The position numbers and the translations under genes were made by a program. From positions 4,588,001 through 4,652,000 of the forward strand of contig CATNEN010000025.1 in assembly GCA_950097015.1 (NCBI GenBank): DNA of 64,000 nucleotides. The letters are read 5' to 3'. The notes under the pieces are model-generated. The model was not told where the DNA came from. It saw only the letters and a program-made list of their open reading frames with translations, and did no database searches. Below, one piece after another: positions 1 through 12,522 of the stretch (the stretch's first letter is position 1; each line of letters opens with the position of its first letter). This DNA is from Macrostomum hystrix (Eukaryota; Animalia; Platyhelminthes).

Positions 1-199
1 TAGGTCTACGGAGCTAATGCTAACCCAGCTATATATATTTTGTTAGCTAGTTTCAAATGTTAAGACACGAGGGGGTTCAACATCAAGTAATAAAGTACTA
101 GGTTTATAATTCACAATTATCAGAATTAAATGACATCTTGGGCATAGGTGAAGAGTCAGATGCTAGATTGTGACATAGTCATCTAAACAATGTGTTGTA

Positions 200-1194
200 T
201 AGGGGTCCCAATCCCGGGATCCCGGGATCCCCGGGATCCCGGGATCCCCGGGATCCCGGCTTTTTGTTAGTGTTCGAGATCCCGGGATTAGGGGTCCGGG
301 ATCCCGGTAAACACGGGATTGGAATTCACATGGCGATGGCCGATGGCCTAGATGGACACTGGGGTGACTGGGCCCACTGGCCCGGGCCACGCCGAATGCC
401 CGCAACTAAGGAAAAGAAATGAGGCAGAAAAAGGGGGTGGGGTGGGGTGGGGACTGGGTTCTGCTGAGTCTGCGCCTCTGTGTGCGTGAGGTTGTCTGTG
501 TTGGGGGCAGAGGCACCAACGCAGTGTATGCAGTTCTAATTTCTAACCTTCTAATCCAAGGGGTGAGGAGGGTGTTGTTTAGTATGTATGTACAACTGTA
601 CATGGATAGTGAACACTGAACACTGCTGAACATCGCACAAGGATTAGAAAGCCAAGACTCATGAGTCATGACCTTGGGGTGGGTTATCCCTATAAAATTT
701 AACTTGTATAGAAATGATAAACAACTGGAAGGAAACTGGCAGTGGCAACGCAAGCAATACATTTTTTTGAATCAACGATACGATAAAAAAGAGCCCACTT
801 TGCTGACCACAAAAAGTAGCTTGCGTGCTGACTGCTATAGTGTCAAATCAAATGTCAATTCTATGTACTTGGAAATGGAAATATGGATGGAAATATATTG
901 CATCGAATCCATCGATGGAAGGAAGGAATGTGACAATTGTGACAACAAGAAATAAGTGACCAAGGATAAGTGATATGAACTATCTTTAACTCTTTTATCA
1001 ATGCAGTGTAAGCTGGAAAGTAGAAAGAAACCCAAATGATGCTCAATTGGTTGAGAAATTTGTTTTTTTGGACAATGGAAAGCTTCCGGTAAATTTGTTT
1101 GTTCAATCCCGGGATTGGCCCGGGATCCCGGGATTGGGTCATTTTTTTGTCCGGGATCCCGGGATTGTAAAATGTCCGGGATTTGGGACCCCTA
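200..1194. mobile_element. Non-autonomous hAT-superfamily DNA transposon (995 bp)
   Basis: Terminal inverted repeats TAGGGGTCCCAA..TCCCGG (from 200) and CCGGGATTTGGGACCCCTA (ending 1194). Exact 8-bp target-site duplication GTGTTGTA at 192-199 and 1195-1202. Subterminal clusters of palindromic CCCGGGAT/GGGATCCC at both ends. No transposase ORF. Confidence 0.9.
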
Positions 1195-4100
1195 GTGTTG
1201 TACATACAACACAAAAATACCCCTGGTCAACATCATCTCTCATTGTGCTTAGAAAGGAAATAAGAACGACCATTGTACAAATAGGAAACCACGAAGGCCA
1301 ACAAAGAGGAAGTTAAACTAAAAAAATAGTGGCCAATTGTAATACAGCATCTCATACGCTCGTACATACTGTCAGGATTGAGCATAAGAAGGAGCAAGAA
1401 GAAATACGTAGCCATCAATAATGTATTAGACATAATATATTCATTGTTGACGCACTAGTAGTAACCTAAAACATGACTGCTAAGCACCTACTTTGCAGCA
1501 GTCATGCCAAGCGACACGCAGTGATGAGGAAGGGACTGTGTGTGTGTGTGTGTGTGCATTCAATTTTGTATAAAACCTAAGCCATGCATGGTTTGGAGAC
1601 ATGGAGGACGGGATAGGCAGGAATTGACAGACAGACAGTTTGCCTAAGCAGGAATATAGCCTAACTAGTCTGCATTCCAAATTCCAGCGTTGTTACTGTT
1701 AGGCAATAATTATTCTTAAAAGTGCACAACCCAAAATAGAAAATATCAGTGCCAATTCCGGAAAAAAATATAATTTATACACCGGAAATGAAGATCTACA
1801 AAAGTGCAAATGATTGTACTTTTGCAGCTCAGCAACAATCAGCATGTTTGAGTTTCTGTAGACTGAACGTACATACATTATTAGCAATAGTTCTAAGGCA
1901 AAACTAATTTGCTTAATTTGCTTAATAGACAAAAAACAGGCCCGTAGTAAGGGCGAAAAATAGTCCCTTAGATTGAGTATAGAGAGGAGTCGCCAAGGAG
2001 AAGGGGCGAGGAAGCGGCGGGGAAGAGAGGATAGGAGGCTAGCAGACGGGGTGGGCGTCTATAAAAACCAGTGGAGGGGGTGGAATGCAGAAGGGAGCTG
2101 CACGGACAGAGAGAGGGGGGGCGCATGGAGATAGGAGAAATAAATATATACATATATATTCATAGGGCGGCCTGATGCACTCTTACTGAAGGCTGAGCTG
2201 GAGACACAGGGAGAGAGAGAGTGGGGGGTCGTATGTCTAGCCGGTCGACGATGAGGGATTAAGGGAGACGAGAGAGACGAAAATAGGCAATAGGGAGAGA
2301 AGGAGACGCAGAAATATAGTGGGAAAAGGCAAAACAGTGCCTTGTTGTGTGTGCGTGTGCCCGGGGGGGTGGGGTAAGCCTCAAGATCCAAGGACAGGAA
2401 GATGTTAGAAAAGAGCAAGCTACAGAATCGGGTCGCTGGCAGACAGGGCCCTGGCTCGTGCGCAAATATAAGCGACCTATCTTTATTACATGCGCTTTTT
2501 CGAGTCGACAAAATAGAAAAACCCCAGACAAGTATTAGCCTAGCCTTGCAGGGGTGGAGCAGCAATCCCCACCGACTGTTGTCTGAGAGGCTTCAATTTT
2601 CTTCCTGTTGTTTTTGTGCAATTAATCTCACTGCGCTAAAACCTTTAATTGGCTCCTGTGTTTGCTTGTCTCATTACTTTCTGTTTATCTTCTATAGCTG
2701 TACTATCAAACTCCTAATTGTCTAGTTTAGGGGGTATCAAAGGGTGCCCAGTTTGTCAATAGCAGCTATAGGCTCAGTCGAAGTTAAGAGAGAGAAAGCA
2801 AGAGAAAACAAACGAAGAAATCTTCTAGAAAACGATAGAACATTTGCACTCTAAATCAAGCACTTTTTTTACTGCTGGGGTAATCGAACCAATGACGCTT
2901 TTCGTTAAAGCAGTTTAAAAATAAAGTAAAAACTAACGCTTTTCTGACTATCATAGACGAAATTGAGTTGTAGTTTAACATTAGACTCTAGATATAGGTC
3001 AGGTACGAAGTACTCCAGTTAGTCAGGCTGGCAAACAGGTATGCTCTGTCTGGAACACGCCTCCACACACTTCTAGGGCAAACAAGACGTCTTTCTCACA
3101 CACAGAGAAAAGACCCACCTTTTTATTTCAACTCTTCGTTAAAAAATGCTACATATCGCCTTACTCCTCGAAGAGAATTTGAGTCTAGCGTACCATTTCT
3201 CGTGTATTAAACGAGAGCTTAATAACAAAATGTTTTTTGGCATCAAACCCTCTACTAGAATGAAAATGCTGAATGAAAAGATGGTGTACTTTTCCACGAA
3301 TATAAAGAAAGATGCGGGGTAGCTAGTCCAACCAACCCAAAGAAGGTGGAACAATAGACGGTCATTGACAAAGTTGGTCTTCAAAAGAAGATAGAGAGCA
3401 AGAGCACTGAAGCAAACCCATCCAAAGGCTTGACAGAGGGGCTTCTGAGTAAAGAACAAAAGCAGCTCTTTATAGCCTGTGGAGTGGTGCCCAATTAGTT
3501 AAGTCTCATGCTGGGCACTTCATCACTTGGCTATTTGGAGCTCCCTGTTTGGCAGCCTACTCAGCAATAAAGTGTCCAAGTACTATTGTCTGCAAGCCAG
3601 CCATTTAGTATTATGGTGTCTGGCTGGGCCAATATTTAAGAATGGTGGTCTAGCTAGCTAGACAATTACTATGTAATATGCTTTATAGCTTCTGGTAAAT
3701 AGCATTAGTAAAGATTTGCCATTGCCATAGCAGTACAATTAAGGACAAAAATTAAGGATAAAATTGATTTCCAAACCAATGCAAAGTGTGCATAGCCAAT
3801 GATGTAAAGTTTAGTTCATAGTAAGCTAAGCCATAATATTATTTATTACAAAAGTTATTCAACAATAGACAATAAGTAATTGGAAAAACTTTAGTGGAAT
3901 GGATTAATTTGAAATCACAATGGTAATCTAAAATATTAAAACAAAAAGTAAAATGCTTATCAGTAATACAATATATTTTATCTACAAAATATTATAAATT
4001 TAACTTTTTGACAAGTTATAAAAAAGATAACCTAAAATTGCAAATGTTCAATGAAACATGCTTACCAACAGCTTGGCAATAAGTTCCAGATTATTGCCAT

Positions 4101-5201
4101 AAGCAATAATTTAAGCAAAGATTCTTTAAGCAAAGAACCAGCAGCAACCTGTCTTAGATGTACCTCCAGGAATTTATATGGCACTGAATCCTATATTGAA
4201 TTGCACATAATTATCCTCTGTGACACTTGATGGACTTAATCACCATGGCTTGACTTGCTCTTTGCTCTTTTGGCTCAGATGACTCTAGGTTGTTAGGGTC
4301 TCATTTATTTATCGGAAATGATAATTTAGCATTTATACAACAAAACTCTTAGCTTAAAATTTACATATCCTTATTTATTGCAATAAATTATTGATTATCT
4401 TTTTAGTTAAAACAGCATAAACTTCTAATTTGAATATAATAGTAACTTGTTTAAAGAACTTTTTCTACAAATTTAAACCCAAGGAACTAAGAAAAACTAT
4501 AATGGGCTACACATCAACAGTGAATAAAAATGATGATCTGAAAACCACAAGGATCCAAAAAGCCAGGTGAGTTTAAATTAACTAGCCAAGCCATATAAAA
4601 GAGCTTTGCATAAATGTAGGGTGCTTTAGTAGCTATATAAAAAACACCTATTCACCTGCTCTGCTCTGCACCTGCTCTGTGCTACACTTATGCCCATAGG
4701 CATTTAAGTCATATCAGTCATATCAGTCATGGTCATAAACTTAAGGCTTAATGGCAATGCTAATGATATTAACAATGGCAATGTACTACATTCAATATAC
4801 AGGTTCATTATGAAAAAGACTATTTTAAACAAACAAAAATTCAAAGCTTAAATTTGACTGCACAAGATAGTTTGATGTCTCTGAGCCTCGTCCTAACGAC
4901 ACAAAATGATCGATACAACAGCGCATTATTGATTTATTGCATTATCGCGCTTTTAACCTTACAATGGCTTACAAAAAGCCTCGCGTGGAAAGCACGCTAT
5001 CCAAGTTGAATTCGTGCCAAATAAGATTAAACATTTTAATCAAAGGTTGAGTAGTTACTACTAAATCAAGCAGATCATAGGGTTAACACAAGACAGAGCT
5101 ATTTAAAAATACTTCTTTTTCTCTATAATCGATTTAATGTTCTGCACTGCTTTATAAAATACAAAGGTTTTCGCGCTCCAAACTTTTCTGAGCACGCCGC
5201 T

Positions 5202-5369
5202 CAGGGGCGTATGCTGGGGGGGATACGGGGATATATCCCCCCATTTCCCAAAATTTCCCATGTACTTATTGTAGTCAATTCCTAGAGCCCTAGAGGACAT
5301 TATTTAGTCCGGTATGTTTATATTTCTGCTGGTTATCCCCCCCAAACTAAATTCCAGCATACGCCACAG
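5202..5369. mobile_element. Small MITE, probably hAT-derived (168 bp)
   Basis: Inverted termini CAGGGGCGTATGCTGG and CCAGCATACGCCACAG (14/16 match). Flanking 8-mers ACGCCGCT and AAGCGGCT match 6/8, consistent with an aged TSD. Confidence 0.6.
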
Positions 5370-5829
5370 AAGCGGCTCCTCCTGCTTATAATTAACATTA
5401 TAAATTCACGCCCTAGATATTAGAATTTTTTCATTTTAGGTTCTGCCTTTTGCTTGTCTAAAATAGTTTTAGTTAAAGAGTTGATTTAAGAGCCCTTAAT
5501 TTGCAAGGACCACTTATAGGAATAGACCTACTTTGAGTAGTCAACTCCTAAGTGTCCTTGAGCCTTAGCTGTTTCGTTTTTGTACATTTATATTAAGTTA
5601 AAGTGAATGTTTCGGTAAAAAGACTGTAGAATCGTGTGTTTCAGCCTCGTTTAATGGCATATTTGCAATTTGCGAATATGCCTTTAGGCTAAAACGATAA
5701 ATTTATTAAATCAGCACGATTGATATTCACATTGACATATGTCAACTGATGAGATCCAATTGACTAATAAAAATAGCGATATTTAAGGAGAAAATGATGC
5801 GTGCATTAGAGATTTAGTAGCGTGCATAG

Positions 5830-5990
5830 AGACTGCAGGTTCCAGCACCAGCTGGAGACCCCGACCTCCCCCATATAGTCCCGGAGCCGCGATTTGAGCA
5901 CACCAAACCCCGGAAGCGCTCGATCCCGCGGTTGCAGGTGAGGGCGTGGTTCCCGATGACGTCGAGTAGCTTGCGGTCCTTACAAATTCT
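5830..5990 (-). pseudogene. Possible decayed fragment of a non-LTR retrotransposon C-terminal zinc-knuckle/REL region
   Basis: GC-rich island in AT-rich DNA. The minus strand translates ICKDRKLLDVIGNHALTCNRGIERF, then after frameshifts VLKSRLRDYMGEVGV and LVLEP. This resembles the D-x2-G-x-H-A-L-x-C..R..EP pattern of REL-endonuclease elements. Motif resemblance only. Confidence 0.4.
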
Positions 5991-6786
5991 GGGTCTTGGA
6001 TTTAGATTAAGACCAAAAAAGTTAATTACTTAGTGCATGTTGTTTCGTTACAACACAGTTTTTGTTCAGGTGAAGTGATACTATTCTTCTAAATTCTACA
6101 TACAGAAGTGAGTCTTACATCAAAATAAGTGATGACGACGATATTTTACATACAGAAGTTAACCATGCACATCTGGTACTTGTCTGTCACAAGGCACGCA
6201 CACAGGGGGTATGAAAATGATTCTGATGCTGGCATGATATCAGTGTGTTATGAACGCTATGTTAATATATGCAACGCGAAGGACCAACAATTGTAGTGCT
6301 TATAATTTATAGCTTCACATGAACGACACAATTGAGTCCATCAATTATCAGCATATAATGTGCTCAATAAGCTGCGTCGCATCCTATAGACGCCATATAG
6401 AAATGCTAATTAGTATGCCAATATACCGGTCGGTTTCATGGTTTTGCAAATAGAAACTAGAGAAAAATGCACGCGTAGATTGGACGCAGGCCGCCATTTT
6501 CTCTCGCTCCAGTGCGGCAAGTGGGATCAGGAAAGCAATTTGCGAGAAGCAAGCTTCTTTGCTATGCAGTTTCAACCTGTGACAACACGAAACATTTTAG
6601 CTGCGCAATTAGCTGTATTAGCTAATTGAGTGCTCACAATTTTGTAACTGTGATCACTACTTGTTTTTTATTTTCGGTACCACAATCAAATAGGGTTTCG
6701 CTCTCATCCATAGTTGGCTTTGAATGCACTTTTCACAGTTAAAAAAAACGGTGCATCTTGCCAAAAAAAACGCTACTTGTTCCAGT

Positions 6787-6839
6787 GCAGTCAGGAATCG
6801 AACCCCCGACTTTCAAGTTAAGCTCTAACCACTTGGCTA
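6787..6839 (-). mobile_element. tRNA-like Pol III head (host of the SINE insertion; continues at 7227-7233)
   Basis: Removing the SINE and one TSD restores the minus-strand sequence GGGTTGTAGCCAAGTGGTTAGAGC...GGGGGTTCGATTCCTGAC, with A and B boxes. It is too short for a full cloverleaf. Confidence 0.6.
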
Positions 6840-7212
6840 GGGGGGGGGGTCGGTGGCAGAGCGGTTAACGCGTTTGCCTCTCGCACCAGGGTCCTGAAGT
6901 TCGATTCCACGGCGAGGCCACATTTATTTGGGGCGCAGCCGCGGAGAGATGGCTTTGGGGGCTTGTCGTGCAATTTACGCCCTTGAGGGCCAACCTCCAA
7001 GGCACAGTGAAGTGTACACTGCCTGACGATGAGAAGGTCAGGGCAGATGTACACACCTGTATATGAGCGTGTGCCTGCGTACGGTATCTGTGTGCGTGTG
7101 TGCTCAGGAGTCAGCGAAATGGGCAGTATTGCCTCCTCGCTGGCTGCGGGTCTAGTGTCACCAAATTATGTGTCATTGCCCGCAGCCCTCCTGCAATTAT
7201 TATTATTATTAT
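6840..7212 (+). mobile_element. tRNA-derived SINE, family A, full length
   Basis: A box TGGCAGAGCGG, B box GTTCGATTCC, (ATT)n tail, and a 14-bp TSD TAACCACTTGGCTA at 6826-6839 and 7213-7226. Homologous to copies at ~15.2, 25.8, 37.1 and 42.2 kb. Confidence 0.9.
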
Positions 7213-7645
7213 TAACCACTTGGCTACAACCCCTACCCGCATATGTCTGTCTTCGTGCAAATCCCAAAATCACGTGCACTGATCTCGTGCAAACTTTAAG
7301 AATCGATGCGAGCTAGCTGTCCAATCCGATGACAGATGGTCTGTCACAGTCTGTCAGAAAATAGCGGAACAAAGAGTCCATATTGAATAACGAAGGCTTT
7401 CCCCGATATCTGCACCCGACTATGTAGTCCATTGTGAATGACATGTGCGCACCTTAGTCGGCCCATTGTCACTGCTGACTGTGCCGGGATGAGCGGCTGG
7501 AAGAATTGAGAGAGAATAAATTGAAAGCGACAACAGTAGGCCATATAGAGATACATGATGGTACCTGGATTTGTATACTTTGTCGCACAAAAAAAGTAAC
7601 TATGCTCTGATTCTGTACTCTTGTATAGGCTTTCTCGATATCAAA

Positions 7646-8281
7646 TCTACCCTGAGTCAATTGGCTAGATTAGCAATCCATTCTACCCCTCAGTCCATTG
7701 GCTAGATAGACTAGCAGTCCATTCTACCCCTCCGTCCATTGGCTAGATAGACTAGCAATCCATTCTACCCCTCAGTCCATTGGCTAGATAGACTAGCAGT
7801 CCATTCTACCCCTCAGTCAATCGGCTAGATAGACTAGCAATCCATTCTACCCCTCAGTCCATTGGCTAGATGGACTAGCAATCCATTCTACCCCTCAGTC
7901 AATCGGCTAGATAGACTAGCAATCCATTCTACCCCTCAGTCAATCGGCTGGATAGACTAGCAATCCATTCTACCCCTTAGTAAATTGGCTAGATAGACTA
8001 GCAATCCATTCTACCCCTCAGTCCATTGGCTAGATAGACTAGCAGTCCATTTTACCCCTCAGTCAATCGGCTAGATAGACTAGCAATCCATTCTACCCCT
8101 CAGTCAATCGGCTAGATAGACTAGCAATCCATTCTACCCCTCAGTCAATCGGCTAGATAGACTAGCAATCCATTCTACCCCTCAGTCAATCGGCTGAATA
8201 GACTAGCAATCCATTCTACCCCTCAGTCAATCGGCTGGATAGACTAGCAATCCATTCTACCCCTCAGTCAATTGGCTAGAT
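7646..8281. repeat. 41-bp minisatellite (~15 copies)
   Basis: Unit GGCTAGATAGACTAGCAATCCATTCTACCCCTCAGTCCATT; period seen at 7700 and 7741. Confidence 0.95.
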
Positions 8282-8622
8282 GCAAAGCGAATTCAAATGT
8301 ACTATTAATATAGAAAAGCAGAAATTTTCGTGGCACAAATATTGTAGCAGTATTTTTTCAGCAATTCGTTTTTATATATGAAGCTAAAGGCCCTATTCGC
8401 TGCTTGGTTTAATTTATTCTGACTGTCGGTCTGCAATAGAACCGTTTGGGTGCAAAAAATGCGAAAGCGGAATGGAACGAGAGGGATAAACAGACGCGTG
8501 GATGAAGCGAAATTAACTGTCGCAACGAAAACCTGCCATTCGCTTCATTTTCGCAGCACTTACTAATAGGCAATCTTGTAGGCAGTAAAAAATAGTGCAA
8601 AACTATTATAGCATCTAAAATA

Positions 8623-10087
8623 TGTAGGGTGGGGTGGGGGAGTGAGATTGCAGGGTGGGGTGAGAGAAGTGAGATTGTAGGGTGGGGTGAGAGAAGTGAG
8701 ATTGCAGGGTGGGGTGAGAGAAGTGAGATTGTAGGGTGGGGTGAGAGGAGTTAGACTTTAGGGTGGGGTGAGGGGAGTGAGATTGTAGGGTGGGGTGAGA
8801 GGAGTAAGACTGTAGGGTGGGGTGAGGGGAGTGAGACTGTAGGGTGGGGTGAGGGGAGTGAGACTGTAGGGTGGGGTGAGGGGAGTGTGACTGTAGGGTG
8901 GGGTGAGGGGAGTGTGACTGTAGGGTGGGGTGAGGGGAGTGAGACTGTAGGGTGGGGTGAGAGGAGTAAGACTGTAGGGTGGGGTGAGGGGAGTGAGATT
9001 GCAGGGTGGGGTGAGGGGAGTGTGACTGTAGGGTGGGGTGAGGGGAGTGAGACTGTAGGGTGGGGTGAGGGGAGTGAGACTGTAGGGTGGGGTGAGGGGA
9101 GTGTGACTGTAGGGTGGGGTGAGGGGAGTGTGACTGTAGGGTGGGGTGAGGGGAGTGAGACTGTAGGGTGGGGTGAGGGGAGTGTGACTGTAGGGTGGGG
9201 TGAGGGGAGTGAGACTGTAGGGTGGGGTGAGGGGAGTGTGACTGTAGGGTGGGGTGAGGGGAGTGTGACTGTAGGGTGGGGTGAGGGGAGTGAGACTGTA
9301 GGGTGGGGTGAGGGGAGTGAGACTGTAGGGTGGGGTGAGGGGAGTGAGACTGTAGGGTGGGGTGAGGGGAGTGTGACTGTAGGGTGGGGTGAGGGGAGTG
9401 TGACTGTAGGGTGGGGTGAGGGGAGTGAGACTGTAGGGTGGGGTGAGAGGAGTAAGACTGTAGGGTGGGGTGAGGGGAGTGAGATTGCAGGGTGGGGTGA
9501 GGGGAGTGTGACTGTAGGGTGGGGTGAGGGGAGTGAGACTGTAGGGTGGGGTGAGGGGAGTGAGACTGTAGGGTGGGGTGAGGGGAGTGTGACTGTAGGG
9601 TGGGGTGAGGGGAGTGTGACTGTAGGGTGGGGTGAGGGGAGTGAGACTGTAGGGTGGGGTGAGGGGAGTGAGACTGTAGGGTGGGGTGAGGGGAGTGTGA
9701 CTGTAGGGTGGGGTGAGGGGAGTGTGACTGTAGGGTGGGGTGAGGGGAGTGAGACTGTAGGGTGGGGTGAGGGGAGTGAGACTGTAGGGTGGGGTGAGGG
9801 GAGTGAGACTGTAGGGTGGGGTGAGGGGAGTGTGACTGTAGGGTGGGGTGAGGGGAGTGTGACTGTAGGGTGGGGTGAGGGGAGTGAGACTGTAGGGTGG
9901 GGTGAGAGGAGTAAGACTGTAGGGTGGGGTGAGGGGAGTGAGATTGCAGGGTGGGGTGAGGGGAGTGTGACTGTAGGGTGGGGTGAGGGGAGTGTGACTG
10001 TAGGGTGGGGTGAGGGGAGTGAGACTGTAGGGTGGGGTGAGGGGAGTGAGACTGTAGGGTGGGGTGAGGGGAGTGAGATTGCAGGGT
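8623..10087 (+). repeat. 27-bp G-rich minisatellite (~54 copies), G-quadruplex-prone
   Basis: Unit ACTGTAGGGTGGGGTGAGGGGAGTGAG. It explains ORFs 8751..10139, 8758..10134 and 8887..10089. Confidence 0.97.
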
Positions 10088-10346
10088 AGATTGTTGGGTT
10101 CAGGGGCAATGATATGATCAAGAAAGAAAACCAAACCAAGAAAAATGATCTTCGAGTATAGGGATTTTTCGCCTTAGAAAACTCCCTAAGCTTTTCTCGG
10201 AGCGTCCGTCACGCCTTAAACTCCTCCTACTTCCATCGAAATCCAGGCAGCAAAGCAAGCAGAGTAGAAGCGGCCATCCATTTGCTTTAATTTCCTGCTT
10301 TTCCTTTAGTTTTCTACCATTACCATACTGCGTACGGCTTTTCCAT

Positions 10347-10369
10347 TGTGTGTGAGTGTGTGTGTGTGT

Positions 10370-10403
<34 letters not shown>

Positions 10404-10409
10404 GTGTGT
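10347..10409. repeat. (TG)n microsatellite
   Basis: Interrupted TG run. Confidence 0.95.
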
Positions 10410-10619
10410 TAGTTCAAGGCATTTTTGGTGGTGGGTACCAGTTGATTTTTCACGCAAAACCAGCGTTCCGACACAAGGCCCGCACGGTTTTCGCCGTCCC
10501 TATCTCCATGCGCCAATCTCTTATTCTCCTCCAATCCGATTCCACCCTGCCAACCTCAGCCTTCTCCCTACCTAGTCCTCTCTCCTTCGTGTCCAAATTA
10601 TCCCCCACACACAACTGTA

Positions 10620-10838
10620 GTTGAAAGAGAGGACGGAAAAGATCGAGAGAGAGGAGAGAAACGCGAGAAAAATAGGTCGTTTAAGCCTTCCAAACTGGCA
10701 GGTCCCTCGCCGCGTTGGGATCCTTGATCCCTAATCCCCAACCCTTGGACGCCGACCCTCCCGTTCCTTCAATTTTCCTTCAAGACTACCTGGTAGAAAA
10801 ATGCTTAAGGACGGCACAATAACTCAAATTAATTAAAG
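10620..10838 (+). other. Possible 5' UTR exon of the CUB-LDLa receptor gene
   Basis: Consensus donor AAG|GTAAGA at 10838/10839 and a strong acceptor AATTTTATTTTTACAG at 12476, 46 nt before the ATG. The exon start is not definable; the acceptor could instead be a trans-splice site. Confidence 0.3.
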
Positions 10839-12049
10839 GTAAGAGTTGCATTTTTACGTCAGCTTTGGAATTTTTCTGAATAGCTAGAAACATGCTACTG
10901 GGGATTTGGGACTGCAGTTCTGACCATAAGCTAGCAGCTAAATCCTTTAATCCGCTGTCTTGACATCAGCCGCCAAAATTAATCTACGCTCTGCGCTGCT
11001 GAGTCACGCCGCACCGCGTGAGTCACTTTGCCCCACCATCCACGCATCACTCCCGCCTCCGCAGAGTATTGGCAGATAGTAACTGTTGCTAAGCAAGCAG
11101 AGCCTGTTGGTGGCTGGAAAAGTGCAAACGCTGCGCATCCGGTCGCATCAGAACTTGTGCATCCGAATCAACTTTTTTCTAGCCGTTTTCTTGCTTAAAC
11201 AGTTGCATTGTTAGTTCTAAAAAGTCTATTAGAAATTGACTCTAATTCTTGAATTTTATAGCTATAGATATACAGACAGAAAAGACAGTTAATTCAGTTG
11301 GGCTGGATGTACATCGGGCTGAGATTCGATATCCTGACCTCTCTGCCCTTCAACCATGTATGACGATCGATGCAAATTAGTCCTTAGTCGTCAATTTTTC
11401 GGTTAATTTCCGGTTGATCTGCATCCATTCAGATTTTATTCAGCTTCCTGGACAGCCAAACACCTGGAAAGCATGGGATTACATTAGCCTAGCAACAATG
11501 ATCATATGCATCTGACATCTGACGACTGTGTGGCTGCATCGATTGGTCCAAGATGTATCTGTGTCTATTGGCACCTCCGATATGCACAGCACTGGCCCAA
11601 CTGTCAACAGTGAAAATCCCTCCGCTTCAGCAACTCATTGATCAGCGCCATAAACAATCATTGTGTCTGATCATGCAAGACCTTCTAATTGTCTTAGTTC
11701 CATCTTTACCTACCTCGGCAGAAAAAATCAATCTCTTGTTTTAGTAAAAAAATGTTTAAAGTACAGTCTCTTTCTCTTTCCACACTTAATCTCGTTGCAG
11801 AGTCGTTAGGAAAGGATCCTGATAGACTGCTGCCAAAGTCTTCTTTTTTAGCACCTGGCAACTGACCAATGCCAGTCCATTGCTGGACGCATCACTTGGA
11901 AATACGGCTTGTAGACTTCAGATCAGGAATTATCTCTGGCCAGCAGCAAACCCAGTATTCAACGCAGGAGCACAATTTCTACAGCGTCTTAATTGCCACA
12001 GACACGGTTGTAGGGCCAAGGTTAATCAGGAGGCAAATTCTTAACAGTA

Positions 12050-12400
12050 GAATACCCACTCCCTACTTCACGGTAGCTCCCAAACCGAATGACCGATTTT
12101 CTTGAAAGTCCATAATTTCGATCGAAATTTTCCACCCTTTACAATGAACTTTCAAAGCCGTCCGACGTCAGCATCTTCGAGATATCTTTGAATATCTGGA
12201 CGATGCCAATGTTTTGTGATTCTGGAAGTTATTTAATCGAATACAGGGAAAAATTTAGCCCCCATTCTGAATTTGAATGGCGATTGGTTGAATATTTTAG
12301 AAGAATATAGAAAAAACCACACATAGTCTTTCTAGTTTTGGACGCAACAGGCAATCCGATCGTACAGTCTCCCATTGGCTACTTGAGAGTTCAATCGGCC
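12050..12400. repeat. Dispersed repeat (second copy at ~25630-26150)
   Basis: Shared blocks CCTACTTCACG.TAGCTCCC.AACCGAATGACCGA and GTGATTCTGGAAGT...ATTGGTTGAATAT occur in both places. Confidence 0.7.
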
Positions 12401-12522
12401 TTCGCCTAAACCAACAGAAGATTCAGTTCTTAGCTAAATCTTCATGGTTGTTTCTACTTGAATTTTATTTTTACAGAACTTGCCGCAATATCACGGCAGG
12501 CCGAGCGAGATCTACAATAACA

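Noticed and set aside
3139-3459. 106-aa hydrophobic minus-strand ORF
   Set aside because: AT-rich, no splice context or motif, and no recognisable homology.
6840-6910. tRNA genes at the SINE heads
   Set aside because: A and B boxes are present, but the sequence continues into a shared ~300-bp body and tail with TSDs, and no complete cloverleaf forms.
8623-10087. Telomeric origin of the G-rich array
   Set aside because: It contains TAGGG/TGAGGG-like words but no tandem TTAGGG; a 27-bp unit is not telomerase-like.
8751-10139. Pro-rich and Gly/Trp-rich ORFs on both strands
   Set aside because: Translation of the 27-bp minisatellite.
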